From Mobula hypostoma (lineage: Eukaryota), in assembly GCF_963921235.1 (NCBI RefSeq), contig NC_086108.1, positions 76,634,001 through 76,698,000 on the forward strand: a DNA stretch of 64,000 bases, written 5' to 3'. Below the pieces are notes generated by a model. That model saw only the letters and a program-made list of their open reading frames with translations. It was not told the origin of the DNA and made no database searches. Positions 1-11,384 of the stretch are shown in pieces. A program made the translations under genes and the position numbers. The number at the start of each line of letters is the position of its first letter. Position 1 is the stretch's first letter.

Positions 1-904
1 CTCTACAATCAGATTAACTGGTCATTCAACTCATTACTCCTTATGTAATCATTATTGTGACCTCCTTTTCCTATAACAAAGGTACCTATGACAACTGTAA
101 CTGCAATAAACCCTGTTAATCTCATACGCCATTTGACCTATTGATTATTTCCAGCGTTTCTTGCTTTTATTTCAGATTTTCAGCATCCCCGGAGAATTAC
201 TTAGCAACTGCATTCAAAGTCATTAATTCTTTGTTAAGCACTTTGAGACAATTAAGAGGGACACAATTAACAAAAAAAAATCATACCTTTCTGTTATATG
301 AATGCTGTTCTGATGTTTGATCCTTAGCAAGTACTACATTAATTGATCTTGCCTAAGTGAGAGAGGCATTTTACACTGTTCATCAACAGTTCCTGCTGGA
401 GTGGGAGGGAACTTAAAATGGTATCTTGTTTCCATGTCCCACTGTAAAACAATAACTTCTGGTGGGAAGGTGAAAGGTGAAAGAAGGGATTAGACTCAAT
501 TTCTATTAGCTCCATAGGTGAATAGCTTCCTAACATTCAGGATTTGATTTTCCAGTTGCTGATCTTTATTGATGCAACACTTTATTCAATATCGAGTACC
601 AAATGACTGTATTTTCTGTCTCTGGTAAATGTAGCAATGGTAAGATGCTACAGTGGAAGAAAAATATGGAAAGAAAGAAGTAAGTTCTTAGAAAAACTAG
701 TCTCTGACCTTAAAAATTTTGTCCAGAAAATATTTAGTGAACTGCACATTATTAATATACTTATTTACTGTGACTTTGAACCTGATTTCGTCTATGTCTG
801 ATCCTTCATGTCTTACAACATTGGAGCCTTCAAGTGGCTGATCAGCCAATCACATTAAAATATTTTTATCGGCAAAAAACTTGTAAACTAAAAGAATGTG
901 CTAT

Positions 905-1890
905 AGTTTAGAATATAGAATAGTACAACATGGGATCAGGTTCTTTAGTCCACAACGTCTGCATTGAACAGGAGGCCGAATTAAACAAAAATTTCTTACA
1001 GTATATCTGTACCTTGCTGAATATTCATGTGACTCTTACACACTGCTTTTGTATCTGCTTCCATCATCGCCCCTGGTAGATTGTTCCAGGGCCGTTCCAT
1101 TCTCAGTTTGACAAAACCTGCCCTGTGTATCTCCTTTCAACTTTCCTCCTCTCGTTGTAAATGCATGTCCTCTAGTATTTGACATTTGTATCCTGGGGTA
1201 AAGATTTTGACTGTTTACCCTATCGATGCCTATCTTAATTTTCTAAACTTCCCTCAGGTTTCCCTTCAGCCACTGATGCTCATGAGAAATCATCCAAGGT
1301 TTGTCCATCTTCTTCTCATAGCTCAGACTTTCTAATCCCTTTTGCACTCTTCCTAAAGCCTACACATTCTTGCTTCCTGTAATAGGGTGATCAGAACTGC
1401 ACACAGTACTCCAAGTGCAGCCTAACCCAGTATTTTTTAACTGCAACTTGACTTCTATTCTCTTATACCTAATGCCCCAGCCAATGATGCCAATCACGCC
1501 ATATTCCTTCTTTACCACCCTATCTGCTTGAGTGGCACTGCAGACACACCACTTGTCATGGGCTTCCAGGCAGAATAACACTGTAAAAGGATCTAGCACT
1601 TTCCTGGTGTATATGACGAATAAACTCATCTCAGGCTTCCAGCCGGGTACAGGTACAGATTACAACTGACATTTCAATGACAAGCTCCACCATCTTCTGA
1701 AGATGGCAGAGATGGTCATCAGAATGTTGGTTATAATCGATATCTGTACCCGGCTGGAAGCCTGAGATGAGTTTATTTATCAGAATAACATTCTTTTACC
1801 ACAATGCTCCGTCTTTTATGGGTGAACCAATTCTGAATCCAAACTACCAAGTCATCTTGAATCCCATGCAGATTAATATCTGGATCAGCC
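905..1890 (-). mobile_element. Old CR1 LINE 3' fragment, interrupted by a palindromic Penelope pLTR insertion (1581-1780)
   Basis: Reverse-complement CR1 3' tail (TAGAATATAGAATAG) and CR1-type RT C-terminal sequence (CAGAACTGCACACAGTACTCCAAGTG); similar to other CR1 copies in the window; boundaries approximate. Confidence 0.7.
1581..1780. mobile_element. Fold-back (inverted) Penelope-type pLTR pair with 10-bp target-site duplication
   Basis: 79-bp inverted arms 1619-1697 / 1699-1777 centred on 1698, outer 34 bp perfect; direct repeat CAGAATAACA at 1571-1580 and 1781-1790; decayed CTGAAGA...GAAA(C/T)GTC hammerhead-like core. Confidence 0.75.
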
Positions 1891-2422
1891 CACCATGGGG
1901 GATTTACTTTTAGTGATTTTGCATAAGGCAAAAAAAAGATGGGACATACCGAAATGATTAAAGTAAAAGCTGAATATCACAGAAAAGCCATAAAATTGTG
2001 GAATCATTAGAGCACAGATGGAACTAATCAAATAATTGCTGTGTCTTCATAGAGCAATCCAGTCATCCTTTCTCTTGTTACTTCTCTACAACTCTTTAAC
2101 TTCTTTACTTTCTAATATTTCTCCAGTTTGATTATGAAAGCTACACTTGATTTGAATCCACCACATGGTAACTACTTTTCCTCAAGTTCATTCAGAACTT
2201 ATTTACTTACCTATTATGAGCAGTTGTCCTGGAATCTCTTTCTTATTAGTCTTTGCTCCATCTCTTATCGCCATTACCTATTCTTTTGTTGAGACTTGGA
2301 AGTATCCTCTTAAAAGCATAGAACTTTTAAAACTGTGATGCTGAGGAATTTATATTTTATTGTTCTAAAGTTGGTCCATAATAATTAGACCAGAGAAGTT
2401 GGTCCATAATAATTAGACCATT

Positions 2423-2880
2423 ACCATAAGGCCATAAGACACAGGAGCAGCCTTAGGCCATTCGGTCCATCAAGTCCGCTGTGAAATTCAACCAGGAGTG
2501 ATTTATTTTCCCTCTCAACCCCATTCTCCTGCCTTCTCCCTGTAACATTTGACACCCTTACTAATCAAGAACCTATCAACCTCCTCTTTAAGTATACCCA
2601 ATGATTTGGCCTCCACAGCCATCTGTGAGAAATGAATTCCCTAGATTCACCACCCTCTGGCTAAAGAAATTTTTCCTCATCTCTGTTCTAAAGATTTGTC
2701 CTTCTAGTCTGAGGCAGTGCCTTCCGGCCGGAGATTCCTCCACTATAGAAAACATCCTCTCCACATCCATTCTATCTAGACCTTTCAATATTTGATAGGT
2801 TTCTATGAGATCACCCTTTATTCTTCTAAACTCCTGTGACTACAAGCCACAGCCATCAAATGCTCCTCATACATTAACCC
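2423..2880 (-). mobile_element. CR1 LINE 3' end (5'-truncated)
   Basis: CCATAAGGCCATAAGAC tail (rc of (TCTTATGG)n); minus ORF 2588-2788 MKGLDRMDVERMF...RKNFFSQRVVNL is the typical CR1 ORF2 C-terminus. Confidence 0.9.
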
Positions 2881-3654
2881 TGGATTGAATGGACCAATAA
2901 GAACTCAGTTACACTTCATTCAACAACGCTTAATTTCTTCAATCGATTCTGCAATGCAAATAATGCTAAAAAAAAAGAAAATTTGCATTGTTATTAATTC
3001 TCCGTTTGTTGGACTTGTACAGACTGGAGTGTTGCACCCAATGGAGGAGCAAGGCATCACTATTAGTAGTTTTGGATTTCTATGTTTAACTGTGATGTGT
3101 GGGGGCTGGATCTACCGTCAAATTCACACAGTAAGTACCGACAGTTTTCCTGTCGTTGCGACTGCAAATTCCGGCTTCTCTGTTTATATTTTGGTCAGAT
3201 TTGGTTTCAGTTATGTTTGGCAAATTAATCCTTAAGCTGCCTTGTTATACAAACCCTAACCCTGTTCTCCACCTGCACTTAGCCTAGGGACGACATATTA
3301 ATTACATTTGTAAAATTCCCAAGAATGTGCTCTAAAAATATATCTTCCCTAAGTAGGGGCTGCTTGAATTTAGGGCACAGTTTTAAACTTGTGGCCTTAT
3401 TTTATATGCATATAATGCCTGAATGCACATCCACACAATTTACAGAAAAGCAAGGATTTATTAAAGAATTTGTTCAGTGTGAACCCAAAAACATTTTTTT
3501 ACAAATTGCGTAGGCAAAGGAATTTGAGCAGTTTAACCTGCTCTTCCTTTTCCTACAGCTCGAGGGCCATCTGTTTTATATCTGTGATGAAGACAGTCAG
3601 CCTTTCAAAACACTGAGTGGCGAAGTTACTCTCGTTACTCTGGAATGGGAAATG

Positions 3655-3845
3655 AAATACTGCAGATGCTGGAATCCTGAAATAAAAGCAGAAGCGTTGG
3701 AAATGCTGAGCCCGTCAAGCAGCATCAGTGGAAGCGGAACAGTTAATGTTTCAGTGCAATGGTCCTTCATCAAAGCTGAAAAATTAACTCTGTTTCTTCT
3801 TCCATGAACATGGTCTGATGAATGCTTCCAACATTTCTGCTGTTC
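3655..3845. mobile_element. Degenerate inverted pair of Penelope pLTR 3' ends
   Basis: CTGCAGATGCTGGAA... arm followed by the opposite-orientation arm ...TTCCAACATTTCTG; same family as the 27025-27270 and 32545-32680 copies. Confidence 0.55.
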
Positions 3846-4035
3846 TATGAAGTGTGTTTGCTTAAGACCTCCATGAATGGTAAATCACTCAACTGTTTTA
3901 ATAATAAAAGATATTCTATGTATACCAGTACAAATCTTTTAGTTTTTGTAACAAAATAAGAAAAAAATCAACATAGGGTTCTCTTCTTGTATCTAGACGT
4001 ATATGCCTGAAAATAGATCTTGCAAATTTACTAAG

Positions 4036-4420
4036 CCAGCCAGTGGTGCAGCGGCATCTGCATTGGACTTTGAGGTGAGTGATCCTGGGTCCGAATCCAG
4101 CTGGCTCCTTGGTCAGGCCCGAAACCTCGACTGTACCTCTTCCTAGAGATGCTGCCTGGCCTGCTGCGTTCACCAGCAACTTTTATGTGGGTCCTGACGA
4201 AGGGTCTCGGCTCGAAACATTGACTGTACCTCTTCCTAGAGATGCTGCCTGGCCTGCTGCGTTCACCAGCAACTTTTATGTCTGTGGCTCCTTGTAGGGT
4301 TGGGTGCTGGGTTGAGCATCAAGCTAGCAACTTGGTATCGTAAAAAGCAGACAAAAATCTAAAGAGGTGTCAGGGTTGCTACCCAATGTGCCACATGGCG
4401 TGGAAAGGAACAACAACAGG
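4036..4420 (+). mobile_element. tRNA-derived SINE with (CAA)n tail, carrying a nested pLTR tandem insertion
   Basis: Degenerate Pol III A box and B box (GGTCCGAATCC), GGAACAACAACA tail, 10-bp TSD ATTTACTAAG at 4026-4035 and 4421-4430; homologous to 11548-11752. Confidence 0.8.
4112..4284 (+). repeat. Head-to-tail ~1.9x tandem of a 93-nt hammerhead-containing Penelope pLTR segment
   Basis: GAAAC at 4121 and 4214 (93-nt period, also seen as a repeated 31-aa unit in ORF 4079-4297); flanked by TSD TGGCTCCTTG at 4102-4111 and 4285-4294. Confidence 0.85.
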
Positions 4421-5525
4421 ATTTACTAAGTTTCACTCAGGTATTATAGTTTTTGGGTTACTCTCACTAAACCTTTCCCTTGTTTGGAAATGCAGTAAAA
4501 ATATGACAGTGTAATAGTATATAACCATATAAAAATAAGAAGCCCGTGTAAGCAAATATGTCAATCATATTTTTAGATTGCATTACAACTTGATGCACAA
4601 AGGTCTTTTGAATAAGAAGACTTATTCTCCTCTTGTCTTTGAGTGATTCTGGGCCCAAGTAATATATTATTCACTCTTTTCTGAAGTTTTCAAGCAATTA
4701 GTCAACAGCATCACTTTCTCAAGGCAATAATATCAAAAGCAACGACACCCAATTTCTAAGGATAAATAAGAAAGAAAGGCTGTGGTGCCACTTTTGAGAA
4801 GTACTTTTTTTTTGATCACCTACCATCAAAATTCATGATTTTGTTTGATGTGTGCTTGTGGCTGAACTATTTTCTGGGAATTTCTGCGCAGCTTTTCCAG
4901 TTCCATTACCTTCGCTTTGGTGAGAGTTTAGTACGTGCTTTCAAGCTTTTGTATCTTCAGCCCGTCAGGAAAGGGGAGAAAAGTGGATGACCTGGGGAAG
5001 AGTTAAAAGCTTTGAAACATTTTTCATTCAAAGAAATGTGATCATTGGGTGATTTGTGAGAGTTGCATTATGAAGGCAATGAAACAGACCAGATAACAGC
5101 AGACTGTTTTCAGTAGTTGAGGTGTATAGAAGAAGGAGATATAGATGTAATACAGAGGATAGAACTTGGGTTCCACACGAGATGGTGGAGCTTTACATTT
5201 CAGTGCTAGATTTGGAAGCAGAAACCATGTGGTTTTTAAGAGTAGATTATATAGGTATTAAAGGAATGTGTGGGTAGCTGTTGCTAATATGGAGGATAAG
5301 TAACAACATGACCGGTTGACCTGAAAGACCTATTTCAAGTTCATAATTTCACTCTAATTTATTACATGAAAATAGTTCAAACAGGTCTATTGTTATCAAC
5401 TACATCACTCTAGTCAGCAAGTTATTTGTCTTCATTGACTTCATGGACAGAATCAAGTGCAAAGTTACTTGTTGCAGTGCAAACTTTCCCAAACAGCAAC
5501 GTTTAAACTGATTTTACTTTTACAG

Positions 5526-5714
5526 TTGGATATTCCAGGGACCACCTCAGTACCTTTCTGGCAATGACCATGAAAAAGTCTAAACATCTTGAGCGTGTCA
5601 CCAGCAATGCTTTCCTGAAACGGGGCAGGAAGCAAGATTGTTCTGAAAAATGCAGAACAACGCTCTTATCTGATTTGAAGTTTCTCTTTTCGAGACACTA
5701 CTTAGCTAAAATTG
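5526..5714 (+). other. Candidate internal exon (189 nt, phase 1-1), product unrecognised
   Basis: TTTTACTTTTACAG acceptor, G|GTAAG donor, one open frame GYSRDHLSTFLAMTMKKSKHLERV...RHYLAKI; no homology recognised. Confidence 0.25.
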
Positions 5715-5969
5715 GTAAGATTTTACCTTCTCCCAACTTTTGTAGGATAGCATTATGGTTAGTCAGTAGGAGAATGCAGAGGCAGAGTGCCTGGTGATGA
5801 CCTTTATAGACCTCCCGCTTCTGCAATGCCTAGTCCTACTTGTTCCATACAAAGCCAAAGTGAAGAGATGGTACTCACAGATTAAAAGATTGCAGGGTGA
5901 ACATCCATCCCACAACCTATGATGCAGTTGAGCATTCATTTGATTTATTGCAGCTGCATTAGTGTAGTT

Positions 5970-6263
5970 GGCGCCGCAGTAGCGTAGCGGTTAGGGCGAA
6001 ACTATTACAGCTCAGAGCATTCCGGAGTGTGGAGTTCAATTCCGGCGCCATCTGTGAGGAGTCTGTACGTCTTCCCCGTAGATGCAAGGGTTTTCCCCGG
6101 TGTTCTGGTTTCCTTCCACCGTCCAAAGATGTACTGGTAGGTTAATTGGTCATTGTAAATTGAGCCGTGATTAGGTTAGGGTTAATTGGATTTGACGGGG
6201 GTAGCCGTGGCTCGGAGGGCCAGAAGGGCCATCCCCACACTGTATCCCTAAATAAATAAATAA
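5970..6263 (+). mobile_element. V-SINE/HE1-like tRNA-derived SINE
   Basis: tRNA-like head (GTAGCGTAGCGG, GAGTTCAATTCC), V-domain-like core (CCGGTGTTCTGGTTTCCTTCCAC..TCCAAAGA), (TAAA)n tail. Confidence 0.85.
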
Positions 6264-7528
6264 CTTGCTGATCGGTGCAATTTTTGTTCAACGATGATAT
6301 AATCTTTTTAAAGAATAACCACTTTCCAAAAGATGACGTGGCATTTTCAACAGCAATAACTCCTGTTGACTCCATTCAACTTTGTGCCCAGTGACAGCTG
6401 GCTAAAACACATGCTGTACTATCGAAAGATTTGCAAGAAAATTTAAAGAGGTGAAGTTACAAATGAGCTTGAAGAGGGGAACAGATGAAGATTCTTGATA
6501 GTTGTGACAAACTGCCTGAACATAAAAGGTAAAAGGGTGGTGCAGCTTTGAAAGATTACCCAGACACTTGGTTGAAAGGTTACTATGTGTTAAGAGGAGG
6601 TGGAGGGAGAGAAGGACGTGGCATTGTGCTATCAAGAAAAGTGGGTGCTGAAGTGTTAAGCTTCAGATGTTTGCTGAGTGTTGACATTTATGAACAGCAA
6701 GAGGGCTGTCCTGTGGCGCTTTTGGCTTTCTGTCTGATTTTTAAGACCAGGGTGGATGCTTTCACAGAGACATAATTGGATTTGTCTGTTTCTATCAGCT
6801 TCTTAGATCAAGTGATGGTAAATTGAAAGTCCTTCAGCAAATTACACCACTTTAAATACACTGAAAACATTTTGCATAGGTAAACAATACACCTTTTCAA
6901 AAAGTAATAATGATATTTTGTTTATACTTACTTTAAAGCAACAAGTATTTTCCCCTTTGAACATCTTGTATTAATAGGTGATTCTAATCTTTTATATGGG
7001 CTAATTATTTACATTGTTTCAAACTTTGTAGGCTGCCAGTTATTTACTTCAGCCTCATTCAAGTCAGATATACTGATCTCATCAGACGTTGGAGCATTTA
7101 ATGTCATCAGTGCTGATTCATGTTATGGCACCAATTAAATGTTTTAATGTGTTAATAGATAACAAGTTGAACACCAGCATGCAGCAGAGGATCATATCAC
7201 ATAAGAATATATCACAGGAATGGGTTATAGAATGCTTTGATAGTTCTCCAGCTTTCTCCAGATCATGACAGGTCTTTGACCTGAATTCTTTTTGCTTATC
7301 TTGAACGTCTATCTTCAGTATACTCAACCACAGGCCTCTGGAGCAGGTCATTCTGAAGATTCACAACCTTGCATGTGGGCAAATTGCTTCTCATGCTAAT
7401 CCTAATTTCAGGATCGCGACTTCAGGTATAAGACTGGTGTGCAACCTCACTGTCGGACAAGCTGACATTTGTGCCATCCATTCACTCTTCCCAACCACAG
7501 TGATGACTTCCCACTTGGCTAATTGGAT

Positions 7529-7794
7529 GGGCGGCAGGGTAGTGTAAGCAGTTAGCACAATGCTTTACAGTACCAGTGACCCGGGTTCAATTCCCGCCGC
7601 ATCCGTAAGGAGTTTGAATGTTCTCCCCGTGACCGTGTGTGTTTCCTGCCACAGTCCAAAGATGTGTCAGTTTGTAGGTAAATCGTCCTATGATTAGGCT
7701 AGGATTAAATCGGGGGCGGCTGGCTGGCATGGCTCAAAGGGCCGGAAGGGCCCGTCCCGTGCTGCATCCAATAAATAAACAAACAAACAAACAA
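7529..7794 (+). mobile_element. V-SINE/HE1-like SINE
   Basis: B box GGTTCAATTCC, GTTCTCCCCGTGACCGTG core, (AAAC)n tail; related to 5970-6263. Confidence 0.85.
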
Positions 7795-8039
7795 TCTATT
7801 GAATGTAGTAGAACTTAACTTCTAAACTTAGCTTGGAAAAATAATTCGATCATGGTTATTTTTGCATTACAGTGAAGCTGTACTTGTGGTAATCAGTGAT
7901 AGAACGTGAAGCAAAAGTTTGATAGCAAATGGTGAGTTCCTTGTGGGTAGGTCAGACAGAAAGGAGCTATTCACGTGGCTTCCTACTTCCTCTCTTCATT
8001 TATTTGCCTTTTTCCCTTTTGCAGCTCATCAAATTGCTG

Positions 8040-8800
8040 GGATGATGAGGTTCTGTGGTATTCAGGAGGCTCCCACAATCGAAAGAGGTAGTGGAAGCAT
8101 TGTTTGAGCATGTTAATGCCCTGCTCTGTACCATGACTTTTATTATATATATGCCACTGTCTGAACTGTTCTACACCTGGGTCATAAACAATGTTGTCAA
8201 TGGACAGCATATTCAGTTTTGCTATGGTGGATCAAATTGGCTGGCAGTGGACTCCTACAAACAGAGATCATAACAAAAACAGCATTGACCTGTACAATTC
8301 ACTTCCCATTTTCACATGTCAACTTGGCTTTGAGGAAGCAGCATCCCTGTAAGCATTGTTTAGGGCAGAATCGTCATGGGGTGACTAAAAAAGTACACCC
8401 TGCAGTCTTGGTGAAGCCACGTGTTCTCCTTCCCTGTGAGCTTCTGGCATGAGAGAAGAAAGCGCTGTCTTTCAATGTCCTGCCAGTGGTCTCCTTTGCA
8501 CAACGGTGAAAGCCAAACTGTACGGCCTTGCAGACATCTCCAACTCCAGCCTGGGAAGAGGCAAGTCCATAAAAGTTCATTGCTCTGTCACGTTGACGGC
8601 CATTGATGACGCTGTCTGAGGTGGTCAGGTTGGAGTTATAGCTGGACTGGGCAGCAGATATTAGTGAGGAAATCTGTACTGAAACACAATTGGTTCCCGT
8701 GCGGTTTCTGGATAAGTTTAAGGTTGGGAAATCACTGTCCGGACATTGTAGGCATATTTGGTCATATGCTGAAAGCTCTCTTTCCATTATCCTCTTGTAC
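8040..8800 (-). pseudogene. Decayed PIF/Harbinger (HARBI1-like) DDE transposase remnant
   Basis: Collinear motif remnants across frames: AMNFYGLASSQAGVGDVC..QFGFHRCAKETT (cf. ALNFYASGSFQ..GD.C.ISQ..VH.CI.EVT), RTRGFTKTAG (RARGF..IAGFP), IVQVNA, CPLTTLFMTQV (YPL.TWLMTP), YNKSH..EQGINMLKQCFHYL (YN..H...EQ.IG.LKQRFRCL); comparison motifs recalled, not searched. Confidence 0.7.
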
Positions 8801-11384
8801 TGCTGTCTGTACCCTCTGTTCATTCTCCCAGTCACACTGGTTTCCAAAAGAACACCTATTTGTGCATCCACAGCCTGGAATAATTAGCTTGAGCACAAGG
8901 CCTGAAAACAACTTTCCAAACCTGCTACTAGATTTCTTATAAATCTAGAAAGCACTGAACATGTGATCTGCTGAGTTCCTCCAGCATTTTCTGTTTCACT
9001 GTGTTGACCGGCAACTGACCTGCAACTGATAAGCGAGGGGTGGGTGGGGGGGGGGAGTTTGTGTGTTCTTCATTATTTATGAACTTAAGAGAGGGCAGTC
9101 ACTGAAACACTAACCTCCAAAATGACACCACTGACATCACATTGTGTTTTGTGTGGCATGCATTAATAGTGAGCCCTTCGGACCTTTTACTTGTGGTTTT
9201 CCAAGTATATCATGGGAGTATATACAGTGAGAAGGACCATTTTCAAACCAAAATGGTATCCTTAGCAAACAAGCAACCTGTACCGATTGATGAATTTCTG
9301 AATATTATGTAATGAATAAACATTTCTTTTGCAATAATTATCACAGAAAGTAGTAGTCTATGAGTTCATACAGAACTTATATGGTTGATTATCACACCTG
9401 GACCTAAATTACAAAATTGCCAGGCTACTCCGTTCTACCTATTGATTATCACTGCACTTATGGTCAATAAGATGTGATTTTATTTTTAAAGATGCTCTTG
9501 AAATTACTGGCATATACCAAAGAAAAGGAAATGTTCTTATTTTAGGTTTTGTTTTTAACTCTTTAGTATGTTCTGCTTGAACAGCACCCATGCAAAAGCA
9601 TGTTCGCACACAGTAAGTTGCGCCAGTATAGTTAGGTGCATCCTTGTAGGAAGATGATTATTTCGTCGTGATACCCCCTTCTCATTTCTGTTCTCCACAA
9701 AGTAGCAGATTAATGATAATTGTAATTTAGTAGGGTCCTTACTGCTCACTATTTCTGACTGCTTCTTACAAAGATACAGAAGTACAACACTTCAACACTG
9801 TCTTTCATAACTGGTTCTAACTGGATCTGTTCTTAACAAAACACGCAGCTGACCTATTTAGCAGCTGGACAGAATATAACAATCCTGGTACATAATGATC
9901 TCTGTTCTTTGCTTTACACAAATATTGTTACAGTTACAGAGATCTCCGAAATGGATGCCTCCACTGATTCTTTCCCTTGACTGGGAAATGGTGCATGGCA
10001 CAGGAGAGCCAAATGGGGGCACTAAACAGGGGAAGAGGGAGAAGCCACAAATTAAAATAAGGAGCACAAGAAAGAGGGAAAAAAGTTGAGAAGCAAGTGT
10101 GAGTGAAAAAGAAGTCTAAATTACAACACAATACACTTGACCAAATTAACTTCTGTAGGTGTTAAAATATTACTGTGAATTACTTAATTTAAAATTTTAC
10201 CTCATCACCTAAACTTTAATTATATGTAAAAGACATCCATGTGAACAGAAGGACAGTAACACTTTGAGTGTATCCAGCTGGGTAAGAGTTATTAACATTT
10301 AGCTTGTAGAGTGCTATTTGCAGTTTTATTTACAAAACAAAAGCATTTAAAGTAAGTGTCAAGAACAGGATTCTTTTTTCACCGAGGCCCACCATGAATC
10401 CAGAGGTTTGTATTTGACTTCCTGCAAATTGTGAGCTTAAGGGGAGTGGAGGTCCATCCCACTGTCTCCTTAGTTACCAACAGCTATTTTGCTGTGTTAT
10501 TCAAGTCATTTGTAGAGTGAGAATCTATTCACCTCACAAATGTGGGAAATAAAAACAGGCCCAAGTTTTATTGTGAGTTTATGACCATCCCGGCTGCTTT
10601 CAACATTGATTTCCTTTGACAGAAACCTCTGTATCCTCATTCAACCAAAGCAGCAATGTTCAATATTTCATTTGAGGGTGTTAATCACATTACTATCATT
10701 GACATTTTGCTGATATTATATTATAGGCTCAAATTTGGCAAATTATTGCTGGCGTAATATATAGCTTGTCATCAACATTTACAATTCAGGAATTACTGGC
10801 TTATCAGGGAAAGCAGTGGCTGGATTGCTTTTCAGATGTTTGGAGGGTTGTAAAGACGCCTGTGACTGGCTTTCCATCAAGATGTTGTTTTATCTATCAG
10901 CGAAGTGCAGTGCTGATAAAAAGTTATAATATCCTGATTTGCCTTTTGTCTGAGCAAGAGGTCAGGAAACAGGCAAACAGTGTTTCACATTAAAATTAAA
11001 GATGGGATTTAAATTAGGCCTATTTTTGTAAGAGCAAACAAAAGTGATTCTGTGTTGTTCAAACTACAAAACCTGAAATTTAAGAACCTTCAAAAGCTAC
11101 ATCTTAAAATATAAAGTGCAGAGTTTTGTTTGAGAATGTAATTTGTAGCTCTGGTTCTGAAATAATTCACTTAAATGAAATTGTGTCATTGTATTTATAG
11201 TGTTTACATTTCAGTGGTTCCACTGTATTTCTAGAGCATGTGCTCAAATGAATCCCGTCTTCAATACATTTAGTTTGTAAGAACACTTATGATCTGTTTG
11301 CCTAACAATGTTATGTTTCACACAATGTTCATATAGTGCTCATTTTCTACTTCCATTTGGCAATGGTGATTGTATGATGGAACT

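Noticed and set aside
4112..4284. Direct repeats as a possible CRISPR array
   Set aside because: Eukaryotic context, only two units, no unique spacers and no cas genes; it is a tandem of a pLTR segment
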